Positions 16,203 to 26,444 of a stretch of 39,233 nt of DNA are shown one piece after another. This DNA comes from Octopus bimaculoides. Taxonomy: Eukaryota. Every line of letters starts with the position of its first letter. Within the stretch, counting starts at the first letter, position 1. Below the pieces are notes generated by a model. That model was given only the letters and a program-made list of their open reading frames with translations. It searched no databases and was not told where the DNA came from. A program made the translations under genes and the position numbers. The DNA lies in the NCBI RefSeq assembly GCF_001194135.2, contig NC_068987.1, positions 101,566,678-101,605,910 of the forward strand, given 5' to 3'.

Positions 16203-16205
<3 letters not shown>
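15986..16205 (+). mobile_element. SINE family A copy, tandem to the previous one
   Basis: Same head, GTTCAAATTCCGCCGAGGTTGACTTT body and (ATT)n tail to 16231. Confidence 0.85.
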
Positions 16206-16233
<28 letters not shown>

Positions 16234-17139
16234 TTGATAGTCATGGCCTTTGTGTTCATCATTTTGCCAAAAGACATCCTTCTTAAAATCTCTAAGGGAA
16301 GAGTAATAAATTTTTAAATGTTTACGAAGTTTTGATTCACAGATGTTACCCTTTCGACACACCACACATGTCATTTAATATATTATCCGAAAAAAATATT
16401 AATATGACATCAACATAATTCTTCCCTTTGTATGTCTTGCGTCATTTTTTGTTTTGTTTTTGTTTTTAATGTTTTTTCATTCTCCACTGACTATGAGAAT
16501 ACGATAAATGAACTGAGTGACATGGTTTCAAATCCTGATCGTGGCCATTTATTTATGCGATTAATGTTATTTAGAAAAAAATATAAATGTCATAGACTTC
16601 AGCTTTCCTTAATGTAATAGCGTCAGGTTTTACTGTTATATAATAAACGTCTATGACATTTCCTATCTCTGTTTGTGTGTAGGGCTTACACACACGTGGT
16701 CGCGCGCGCACACATACAAAATATATACGTGTGCATCGTAGAGTTTATATGTGCGCGCTTGTGTTTGTGCAGGCGCGCGGCATTTTATGTATGAATATTT
16801 GTGTATAAGTTGAATACATGGCGCAGACATGACCGGGTTTTAAAGAAGTTCACGTCGTATTCATATGGTCTCGAGTTCGATTCCATTATGTGGTGCTTTG
16901 AGTGTCTTTTAAAAGCAACGATAATAAAGAACTTATTGCATACAGTAAAAAGATAGCCAAAAGAACATGAATAGTACATAGAATGCGTCATTTAAAAGAA
17001 ATGGAGGGTGGGGATAGCCTTGGTTCAGTCCAAACTGGGAATGTGAAATTTTTGAATTATTTCTGTTAATTAGCTAATTACGACCACTATTCGCTGAAAT
17101 AAAAAGTGGGACACCAGGTCTCAAAAGATAGTTGCTGGT

Positions 17140-17290
17140 TAGTCCCAGGCACAACCATGCTACCGAAAGCATTCTAGTTGTCTTTTACTATCTGTGGGGG
17201 ACATTTCACTACATTATCCATTGTTATTTTCTAAGGCAGTAGGGTGCGTTTTGAAGGTAAATTTGTCTGCAATTTCTAACAAATGAAATG
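17140..17290 (-). repeat. Dispersed repeat family E copy
   Basis: TTAGTCCCAGG...AAAGCATTCTAG...ACTACATTATCCA...GGCAGTAGGGTG...AAATTTGTCTGCAATTTCTAAC is the reverse complement of family E. Confidence 0.55.
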
Positions 17291-17765
17291 ACCACATATA
17301 GGTTCCCTACATCGTTGTCTTGTTACATAGTTATCCGTTGTGATAAGCGGGTGCTGAAGGTGAATCGATAAGTTACCGCCGTGGTTTCAAACCATAGTTG
17401 TATCCCAGCCAATTCACTTAATTTGCAACCAGTAATGAGCCAAAAAAATTCATCATAAAATCACATTGCTTCTCTCTAAAATTTGAAACACATTTTTTTC
17501 ATCTAGTGAAATGTATAAAAAATATATATTGCTCATATTTTTTGAGTTCTGTTTTGACCGCGTTAATTCTACCCATTTGCCACTTTCCTAGAACACAACG
17601 ATAGGGTACCGTCTGTCATGAGTATCTGTTGAATATAATTGATTATAACAGGAGTCACCAAACTCTTTAAAAAGCGGGTTAGCATTTTAAATATATTTAT
17701 GCGTTGCGAATAAAGGTGAATAAAATAAAACTATGATCATGGTAAAATTATATAAAACGAAAGTT

Positions 17766-17906
17766 GTGTAGTAAGAAGTTTAGTAGCCATCCACATAGTT
17801 CCGGGTTCAGTTCTATAGTGTGATACCTTGGGCAAATGTCTTCTACTATAGCCTTGGGTCGACCAAAACCTTGTGAGTGGATTTGGTAGGCGGAAACTGA
17901 AAGGAG

Positions 17907-17937
<31 letters not shown>

Positions 17938-18120
17938 CTGTGTCACCACTGCAGTGTTGGTGCGTTTACGTATCCGTAAACTAGCGGTTCAGTAAAAGAA
18001 CTGATAGAATGAGTAGCAGGCTTTAAAAAATTAAAGCTTATTATTGGGGTTGACTCGTTCGATAAAAATCCTTCAAGGCAGTGCTCCAGCATGGCCGTAG
18101 TCTGAGTGAAACGAAAAGAA
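17766..18120 (+). mobile_element. SINE family B copy (tRNA-like head, internal (TG)n)
   Basis: GTAAGAAGTT...GTTCCGGGTTCAGT...CCTTGGGCAAATGTCTTCTACTATAGCC...GGAAACTGAAAG, then (TG)n, then ...GTGCTCCAGCATGGCC; homologous to the 29636 and 31980 copies. Confidence 0.85.
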
Positions 18121-18218
18121 TATTTTTCAGACGAAGGTGAAGAAAATGAAACCATGATTACAGTAAAACTAAAAGAAAAAGAAAAAAAAGAGAAATTTGA
18201 AGTTTGTATTTAAAATAT

Positions 18219-18325
18219 TTTTAAAATGTCACCTGTTGAAATGAAAGAATAGCTTCACATTTAATGAGATAAAGAAAATCGTTAGGAGTGATGGATGCCG
18301 CAGCATGTAGTGAAGAGTTAACATA
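18219..18325 (-). repeat. Unclassified repeat end (…AAGAGTTAA), inverted partner of 22477-22585
   Basis: AAATGTCACCTGTTG...GAAAGAAT...TTTAATGAG...GCATGTAGTGAAGAGTTAACAT. Confidence 0.75.
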
Positions 18326-19694
18326 CTTTTATTTGAGCTGAAAGAGTGCCTGCCAAATTAACTGCTGTCCTCAACGGACAAGTAAACATTTTTTTGTCAT
18401 TCCTTCCTTTCTTAAAATCGATGATTCATGTAAACTCTATCGCGACAACGGATGTGTTGCTGTTTGTTTCTGTCGCTGCATTCATTTAGAAAGGAGAAAA
18501 CATTTACTGTATGAAACATCGTAGTTTATAGAAACTTTCGTTTTTTTTTTTCTGCAAGTGAAGGAATCTTACTTGTTACACGCTGTGTCACGTTGACTTT
18601 AGGAATTACCGTTGTCTGAGAGAATAAAAGACGCATGAGCATATTAGCCGCACCACAATCTTAGCAGCGCATCTCTTCATGTGTTACATGCATTATTAAA
18701 TCACGTAATATTCAAGGCTAGGTAGCATTACATCACAAAACAATACAAAAGTACCTTAGTTGTGGTAGAAAACATTATGGTGACATGAGTCAGGCTAGGA
18801 AAAAGAGATAATTTGAATTAAAACTATATTATAGCAGTGAGCGTCAGGGGATAAAATTAACTTGAGTGGCTCAACGTCGCATACGGCTGCATGCCGTCAA
18901 ATATGGCACGTAAGTCTACTGTGAATTGTTTAGCTACTTTGATATAATTCAATAAGAAAACAGTTTAAAGTTGTTCGCGGAACTGGAATCCTCAGTTTCG
19001 AAACCGATGGGGGTTCAATTTACAATGCATTTACTATTATACAAATGTATATATGTTAATATGCAAATGTGCGAATTTGTTGCACATAAATTCAAGAATG
19101 CTTAAAGGTTCACACCCATTTTACAACGTAAATTGTCGTATAGTTTTACGGCTAGTTACATCTCAGTCAAGTCTCTCAACCTCACCAGTGGCGTAGGGAG
19201 TGTGCCACCCAGGACAAATCTTTAATTTGCTTCCTCTGCCCATCCCCTACGCAGACATACAGCAAACCCAAAAACTGCAGCCTCCATAAAAGCGTCATCC
19301 AAGGTGGGTCACCATCATCTTTCCCTCCTAGTTACGCTAATGCTACACGTATATCACTGACTTCTCACATCATTACAAATTATAGTTGATTAACTCTTCA
19401 AGATATTACTGTTAGTCATTTGAGCCTCTAACCGCCACTCAACCAGCTTACGAGGTAACAGAGAGGCCCGATCGTTGCCACTCGACCAGCTAACATTAGC
19501 ATCTAAAACTCTATCGAATCTTCTTTATTTCTGTTCCGTGCTCCATTGCAGATCTGTACACTATAAGACAGGTTCAATAACATAACCGTTTTTCTATGAG
19601 AAGCGGCAGGAAATTGATAGGGTCCTACGCTCTCCGCTCTGTCTTCAAAACCCGCCAAGTTTCACTTCTGCCTACATCCTTTCGGTTTCAATAA

Positions 19695-19919
19695 TACGAG
19701 GGGGTGCTGAAAAGTTCCTGATTTTAGATAAAAGAAAATACAGGATGATCAGTTAATTATGACTTTGTTCAACATATTCTCCTCTTAGATTCACACACTT
19801 ATTGCAGTGGTCCTTCAGTTTTTCTAAGCCCCGTAAAAGAACTCTGGAAGCTGGGTCTCCCTCCAGCCAGGCCTTTCGCGATACTCTTAAAGCCAAGAAC
19901 TTTTCAGCACCCACTTGTA
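19695..19919 (-). mobile_element. Mariner (Tc1/mariner) derived MITE / internally deleted element
   Basis: TA-flanked TIRs: TACGAGGGGGTGCTGAAAAGTTCCTG at 19695 and AAGAACTTTTCAGCACCCACTTGTA ending at 19919. Minus-strand 19839-19753 translates LLRGLEKLKDHCNKCVNLRGEYVEQSHN*, resembling a mariner transposase C-terminus (GI..L..RW.KCV...GEYVE). Confidence 0.85.
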
Positions 19920-20155
19920 AGAAGAAAAAATTGAACGGTGGATTGGCAGAACTTTTAGAGAGTCGGACAAAAGCCTTGCGGTAACTATTCCGATTCTTGG
20001 CGTAAGAACAGCACGGCCTGCAACGATATATTTTCCAAGCAGCATGGTCGCAAGTTGGCCGCCTATCCCTTGTAAGATGTCCAATGCATGCATGACAACT
20101 AGTTTTCTACAGTATTTACATTTGACGGATATTTGTGCTCATCTTGTTTGTTGTT

Positions 20156-20201
20156 ATCACACCGTTTCAGCTGATATACCTTCCAGCCTTCATCAGGTGT
20201 C
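20156..20201 (-). ncRNA. Minimal type I hammerhead ribozyme motif (Penelope-like), probably inactive copy
   Basis: Minus strand reads GACAC CUGAUGA A GGCUG(gaaggtatat)CAGCU GAA ACGG U GUGAU. The core is intact, but ACGU is changed to ACGG in stem III. Confidence 0.7.
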
Positions 20202-20253
20202 TTGGTGAAATTTCGAATCTAGGTTCTCATTCCTAAGGTATATTTCGATGTTG

Positions 20254-20291
<38 letters not shown>

Positions 20292-20446
20292 TTCACTGCC
20301 TCGAATCGAAGTCGGAATCTTAGGTTTAAGAACGTGGGCTACTAACCCCAGGATTCCGACTTCGATTCGAGGCAGTGACCTTTATAATAATAATAACATC
20401 GAAAAAATACCTTAGGAATGAGAACACAGGTTCGAAATTTCCCCAA

Positions 20447-20492
20447 GACACCTGAAGAAGGCTGGAGGGTATATCAGCCGAAACGTGGTGTT
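20447..20492 (+). ncRNA. Minimal type I hammerhead ribozyme motif (Penelope-like), probably inactive copy
   Basis: GACAC CUGAAGA A GGCUG(gagggtatat)CAGCC GAA ACGU G GUGUU: stem I, core CUGANGA, 5-bp stem II, GAAA, palindromic ACGU stem III, stem I'. The cleavage triplet is GUG, which violates the NUH rule. Confidence 0.75.
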
Positions 20493-20665
20493 AACAACAA
20501 ACCAGATGAGGACAAATATCCGTCAACTGTAAATAATGTACATAATTCCTCATCTCTTAGATATAGAACTGAACTAGTTTTCTGTAAATAAAATCATACC
20601 CACGCTTGTGCATATATATACCGATGCATGGTCAAACTTCACCGACGGAAGCCTTCTGACGATTC

Positions 20666-20785
20666 CAAGTACTCATCTGGTATTCATTTCATCGATCTTG
20701 AAAAGTTGAAAGGTAAGGTCTACCTCAGCGGGATTTGAACTCAGAAAGTAAAGACAGACAAAATACGGTCAGCTCGTCGCCTTTA
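20666..20785 (-). mobile_element. SINE family A, partial copy with internal deletion
   Basis: GAAAGGTAAGGTCTACCTCAGCGGGATTTGAACTCAGAA...CAGCTCGTCGCCTT. Confidence 0.7.
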
Positions 20786-20860
20786 AGAATGTGAAACGTA
20801 TTAGTTCAGCAAAGTAGTCTAAGATAAGCCTGGGATAGTGGAATAGAGTAATACCAAATC

Positions 20861-21063
20861 ATCCTTTATATTATAAGCACAAGGCCTGACATTTTGTGCG
20901 GGGCGGGTGGCTGGTCGATTACATCGACCCAGTGCTCAATTAGTACTTATTTCCATCAACTCCGAATGAATAAAAACGAAGTCGACCTCGGCGGCATTTG
21001 AACGTAAATGCAAACGAAATGCCGGTAAGCATTTAGACCTTGCGTTGCATTTTGACCAGCCTT
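20861..21063 (-). mobile_element. SINE family A, diverged copy
   Basis: GCACAAGGCCTGACATTTT...GTCGATTACATCGACCCAGTG...GTCGACCTCGGCGGCATTTGAAC. Confidence 0.75.
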
Positions 21064-21408
21064 AGAATGATACAAACTAATATAAAATATACATATTAGC
21101 CATACCTTTCGTTATAGGTATGTTCAGTCTGTCAAGGCTTGAGGCTAAGCAAGACGAACAATTGCTACTGTTGTGTTGATGTTACTGAAGCTTGTCGTTT
21201 ACCTGGCTGTTTACAATACAACGTACAATCTACCGGTGTAACTTTATTTGATAAGGTTATGCCGGTAATTGACACGCTCTATTACATAGGGGGCACCAGG
21301 GATATAAACTGCATTAAATAATTCATTTAAAGTCATTAAATATGCTGTAAATAACGGAATAGTAATAATGACATATACTTCGTATTACTATTTTGTTATT
21401 CATATTTA

Positions 21409-21662
21409 TAAAAATGCGCCCCTCTAAAGCCTAGCTAGGCTCATGGGCCGGGTTTCCCGGTTTCAATGGTGTATGTGTTCCCCAGCTGGATGGGACGCCA
21501 GTCCACCGCAGCGTGACTCATTTTTGCCAGCTGAGTGGAGTGGAGCAACGTGAAATGAAGTGTTTTGCTCAAGAACACAACGCGTCGCCCGGTCCAGGAA
21601 TCGAAACCAAAATCTTACGATCCTGATGCTGACACCTAAATCACTAAGCCACGCGCTTCCAC
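21409..21662 (-). mobile_element. tRNA-derived SINE family C, full-length with TSD
   Basis: Minus strand begins GTGGAAGCGCGTGGCTTAGTG (A-box-like) ... GGTTTCGATTCCTGG (B-box-like), then TGTGTTCTTGAGCAAAACACTT and CTGCGGTGGACTGGCGTCCCATCCAG. Flanked by TATTCATATTTA (21397-21408) and TATTCGTATTTA (21663-21674). Confidence 0.85.
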
Positions 21663-21765
21663 TATTCGTATTTAATACACGTTTAAATCTTTGCAGTGTA
21701 GAACTGACAAAACAATAGGGCCCGACCATATTTCAATCCACACACTGACTACTGATTTTAGATCT

Positions 21766-22109
21766 TTCTTTTACGCGCTTCAGTGGCCATACTGGGGCAC
21801 CACCTGGAAAAGTTTTAGTGGGCCTCAGTACTTTTTTTTAAAGTAAGATACTTATTCTATCGGTCTCTTTTGCCGAATCAATAGTGTCGGAAACAAACCG
21901 ACACCGATTATCAAGGTTTGGGATGGGGGCAACCACAAGCAGAAAGACATACTCACTCACACATCCAGGGGTTCCACACAGTTTCCGTCAACTAAATTTA
22001 CGCTTTTATAGCCCAGAGCTGTAGTTGAATATTCTTACCCAAGATGCCATGCAATAGGACTAAACTGGAAACCACGGGGTTGTAAAGCGAGATTTTCAAC
22101 CACATAGCC
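21766..22109 (-). mobile_element. SINE family B copy
   Basis: GGCCATACTGGGGCACC...ATTCTATCGGTCTCTTTTGCCGAA...TTTCCGTC...CCCAAGATGCCA...GGAAACCACGGGGTTG. Confidence 0.75.
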
Positions 22110-22476
22110 CAACCCGAACCTAAAAACTTTTTTTTTGGCTTTCTTTTTTTTTTTTTTGTGTGAAAAACAGAAAGAGCAAAGTCTCACTTTTGCCATGGTT
22201 AAACTAAGAAAAAAAAATAGAAAGAAAAAAGTGAGCTCTTTTCATTTAGTAAGAAATTAAACCTGCCGCAGGTGCGACTTTTTACGCAGTAAATTTTTTT
22301 TTCTTTCCGAAATGTAAAGCACAACAGTGACTAACAATGTCTCATACGCTGTCACTATATTAATACTTTACACGAACAATCGATTTTAAGAAAGGAAGGT
22401 GTGATAAAAAAATTGTTTACTTGTTCTTTGAGGAAAGCAACTAACTTGGCAGGTACCCATTCAGTCTAGCTAAAAA

Positions 22477-22585
22477 CATGTTAACTCTTCACTACATGCC
22501 GTGATATATATCGCTCCTACCGATTTTTACCTCATTAAACGGTTAACGATTCTTTCATTACATACAACAGGTGACATTTAAAAGA
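22477..22585 (+). repeat. Unclassified repeat end (TTAACTCTT…), inverted partner of 18219-18325
   Basis: ATGTTAACTCTTCACTACATGC...CTCATTAAA...ATTCTTTC...CAACAGGTGACATTT. Confidence 0.75.
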
Positions 22586-24082
22586 ATAATTTAAAAGAGA
22601 GAAGTATGTTTCTATAGCCTTATGAGATCGTGGTTTCATTATTTCTTTATTTACTTCGTCCTGCTAGACATAACTCAAGCCGGTCTCGCCTCTCAAAAAG
22701 TTTACCGTCTTCTGTCATAGACTACAGATTCTGTCGCACATAACGGTATATACGCTAAACTGCACTCTATAGTAGCATTTTACGAGAGTGGCATATAGGT
22801 AAAAATATCAAGCCTTAACTACAGATGCGTGCCTACCAATACGATTTAGTTTCTCAATGACTTTCTGAAAAATGTATATATTTTAATGAAAGATATCCAG
22901 AGATACATTCTAGATGGTGTAGAAAAACGGAAAGGAGATTTCTTTCCTGACTTTCTGAAACCCTTTCTGGATACCCTTTTTTAAATAAAATTTTCTAATA
23001 CCTTTCAGAGAGCATAAGCAACGATTATATTATAATTTAATGTAGAAGGAAGATAAATGAGGATGGGGTCGAATAATTCAATCCCGCCCCCTCCCTCAAC
23101 TCCGAGTTTGTTTTTCATACGTGTTGATAAGATGACCGCCTCCAACACCTAATTATTTTTCACATTAATTTCTCATATAATCTATGTCACATAAAACGTA
23201 CTTCTTGAAAATTATATTTAAAAATACCCATTTTTCATAAAGTTATGAAAAAATAAATTCGGTTGCGTGTGGAAGGTATACCTCTTTAGTTATGTTAACT
23301 ATTTATTTGTCATCCTCAGATTTGAACTCGGAATATGGCTAGTATTTTTAAAGGAGCTTAAATTTTAGGGAGAAACACTGTGAGATTATGGGGTCCAGGC
23401 ATTTTCTGCACTCGTTACCTGTCGCAAATTACATGAAATCACAGCAGCAGCTAATCGATTTACCTTCGGCGTTCGTTGATCACGACGTATAACCATGGTA
23501 CAAACTAACGAGGCAGGTAACATCAATGTGGTTATTTGATATGCTAGAAATGGCAACCAAATCGGCTTCAGATCACTCCCTCCTATCTTAGGAGGTGACG
23601 GATTGGATAACGTGGGTCTGGATACTCAAAACTAAGATGAAAGACGGGATAGTCACGGCTGGAACACCACAACCAACAGCAGCAACCATGTGAATAAATT
23701 GTTTAGGTGGATCTAGGTTATCAGTAAGTAGGGACTCAGATGAATCGACTCTACGTATCTTCTCGGAGGAGGGATGAAAAGTAAGAAAGAAAAGCAAAAA
23801 ACTTGATCCCTTCTCAGATTGAACTCATAACGGTGAGAGACAAACACAATCAAACACATGCACGCTTGCATATAGAAGCACTTGCACAAACGCTGCACAC
23901 TCACTTCCATAGACACATATAAATGCAAACTTAAGCATCTACATACACATGCAACATATGATTTATCTTAAAATCAAGAGCTTTTAATTAATCACACGAA
24001 ATGCTAGAAATAGCTGCCAAATCTCTCTCTACTCACACAGTACCGTCTTAAAAAGAGAAAGATGTATTCAACACTGTAGTAT

Positions 24083-24290
24083 TTTACTCATTTTATTTGC
24101 TCCATTCAGTAAACTGCGGCCATGCTGGTGCTCCACGTTATAGGGTTAGTTGAACAGATCGAGTCTAGCACTTACTTTCAAATCTGAAGGTTATTATATT
24201 TTCATTTGCCGAACCACTAATTACGAGGACGTAAACAAAGCAACTCTGGTTGTCAAGCGATGATAGAACAAGCACAAAGCACACACATAG
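24083..24290 (-). mobile_element. SINE family B, 3' half
   Basis: CTGCGGCCATGCTGGTGC...TTTGCCGAACC.CTAATTACGAGGACGTAAAC...GGTTGTCAAGCGATG. Confidence 0.7.
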
Positions 24291-24380
24291 ACATGATTGC
24301 ACCCACACACATATATATGTATACTTTATATATATATATATAATCTATTATTTAAATATGTATGTGTGTGTGTACATATT

Positions 24381-24575
24381 GTGGACGCGCGTGACTTGGT
24401 GATTTCGGTGTTGCATTCAGAACGTAACATAGTGGTTTCGATTTCCGGACCGGACGATGATAAAAAACATTTCATTTTACGTTACACTACTCCACCCACC
24501 CAGCTGATTAATGATTAATCCAGCGACGAACCGGTGTCCCATGCAGGACGGGGAGTGGGATGGATGCATACGCCA
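24381..24575 (+). mobile_element. SINE family C, diverged copy
   Basis: GTGGACGCGCGTGACTTGGTG...GTGGTTTCGATTTCCGGACCGG...CATTTCATTTTACG...CCCAGCTG...GTCCCATGCAG; homologous to 21409-21662. Confidence 0.7.
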
Positions 24576-24734
24576 CGGAATCCAGCTTTATGAGTGTATG
24601 ACTCAGAAGAACTCTTAGTCCTTTTGATTTATATATTACATACGTATACACACACACACACACACACACGTGTATATATATATATTTATATGTCACCGAT
24701 TGTGTGAATAATTCATGGGCTTCTTCGCAGTTTC

Positions 24735-24865
24735 TGTGTACCGAATTCGCTCACAAAGCATTGGTTGCCTCTGGGGATAGAAGACCCTCGCATAAGTTGC
24801 CGGTCAGTGGGTTTGAAAACACGTGGTTGCGGAGCGAAATTCTTATACACAGAGCCATGCCTGAT
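24735..24865 (-). mobile_element. SINE family B, 5' fragment
   Basis: AATTCGCTCACAAAGCATTGGT...GATAGAAGAC...GAAAACACGTGGTTGCGGAGCGAAATTCTT. Confidence 0.55.
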
Positions 24866-26444
24866 TCTGTGAAATCCATGATTTTAAAAACAATGGGATG
24901 TCACGGCTGGGATGCCAAAGATTGTATCTGTCATATGGTTTAGACATACCGTGGGAACTAAATTGTCACGATAGAAAAAATAGAACTAAACAAAGATGTA
25001 CATGTCGTTTCATTTACTCGAACATACGCACACGTGCTCGTCAGACTTTCAGAAAATAACAGTCAAATCGCTTTCTAATCACACGTTCCTATTTTATGAA
25101 GTGTGTGTCTGTGGAAGAGTGGGGGCACTGGTCAGTGTAGTCCAGACATGAGCAAGCTTTTTCGAGAATCGAGCCGCATGAGACATCAGATGGGTCGCAC
25201 TACTAAAAAAAAACAACAACTTCAAAATGACTTTTCGTTGGCATGTATTCAAAATGTCATACGTGCCGCAGTTTCCCTGGGACTGGTAAATAAAAAGTGG
25301 GATGGTCATGATTGAGTTGTCTTCGGTCATAGATTTACACAGTCAGGGTTGACCTGGGACTAATCATCAACAATCTTACATATAAATAAAGACATACAAA
25401 TATATATATACACGCACACATACACATTCATACACAGATACACACACACACACATATATGCATGTGTTGCCGTACAGAAACACACACGCATACAAAATCG
25501 CACGAACACATACACGTCTATGCACGCGTTGAATAAACGAATACACGCATGCGCACATGCATATAGGAGATAAACAGGTGCATGCATAGAGAAAATACAA
25601 GCATGTAATACGCACGGCGAAATATAAACATACGCATGCGCATTTGGAATCTTTGCATAAACAAACACGCATGCGCACATTCACCGAGCGAGCAATTAAC
25701 ATCAGTGTTTTGCTTTTCTAAAAAATGGGAGAGACTATAGTATGGTTCATTGAATCTACCCCCAGTATATTACTGATACTTACTGATCCTAGTCTGTAGC
25801 AGTCATGTAGGAAGGCTGTAAGGAAGTTTCTATCTGGTTCTCTAAAAATAGCAACTAAATGTTTTCTAAATGACTTTACCGATGTAAAATTTGAAAAGAC
25901 AGCTTTATATAATGTAATTATCTTACATACATCTAAAAATAAAAAATAAAGAAAAAACAGGACTGTTATAGCAAGTATTCATTTTATTGAAAGCGAGAGA
26001 AATGAAATACCAAGTATCGACTCTGGTTGAATTTGTAAATGAAACTTTCTGATATAAACTCACAAACAAAATATTTTCATATATGAACGTTGTAAAATAC
26101 GTGATGTTTATTGTTTTTTTAAAGGAGAGAGTGAAAAGTAAAATTTAAACCTTAAAGAATTGAAATATAAAAAGGTCGATCGCAGTGAGGATTGAACTTA
26201 GGACGTATAGATTTGAAACTGCACAAGCACATTAAAGGACAAGCACATTAAAGGACAAGCCATCACCTGCGAACTAGTACATCTAACTGATATGTACAAT
26301 GTTTCGCTAATTGCTTCGGGTACCTCTGAGTCGTGAACATTCGCAGTTATCTTCTCAGCGGCACTTCTAGGATAAAGTAGTTGAAAGGAGAGAGAGCTGC
26401 GCCAGCTCAGATGAGTAAACTTGAGTCACATTAAATAAAGTGTC

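Larger units (their letters stand above)
20109..20571. mobile_element. Palindromic (inverted dimer) non-autonomous retroelement with tRNA-like head and hammerhead motif
   Basis: The left arm (~20109-20328) is the reverse complement of the right arm (~20340-20540): ~89% identity in the outer ~143 nt and a perfect inner 27 bp. Flanked by the identical 12-mer AACTAGTTTTCT at 20097-20108 and 20572-20583 (putative TSD). Confidence 0.85.

Noticed and set aside
18330-18960. Repeat-poor stretch with TGAGTCA and TAAT motifs as a possible enhancer
   Set aside because: Only short motifs expected by chance, with no comparative evidence available.
19186-19342. CAGTGGCGTAG... possible MITE with a degenerate right end
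   Set aside because: The right TIR match is weak and there is no TSD.
21590-21662. tRNA-like heads (here, 20325, 24381, 34218) as genuine tRNA genes
   Set aside because: No complete cloverleaf or acceptor stem, and each is fused to a repeat body.
26223-26260. 16-bp tandem duplication ACAAGCACATTAAAGG
   Set aside because: Ordinary slippage duplication with no wider structure.
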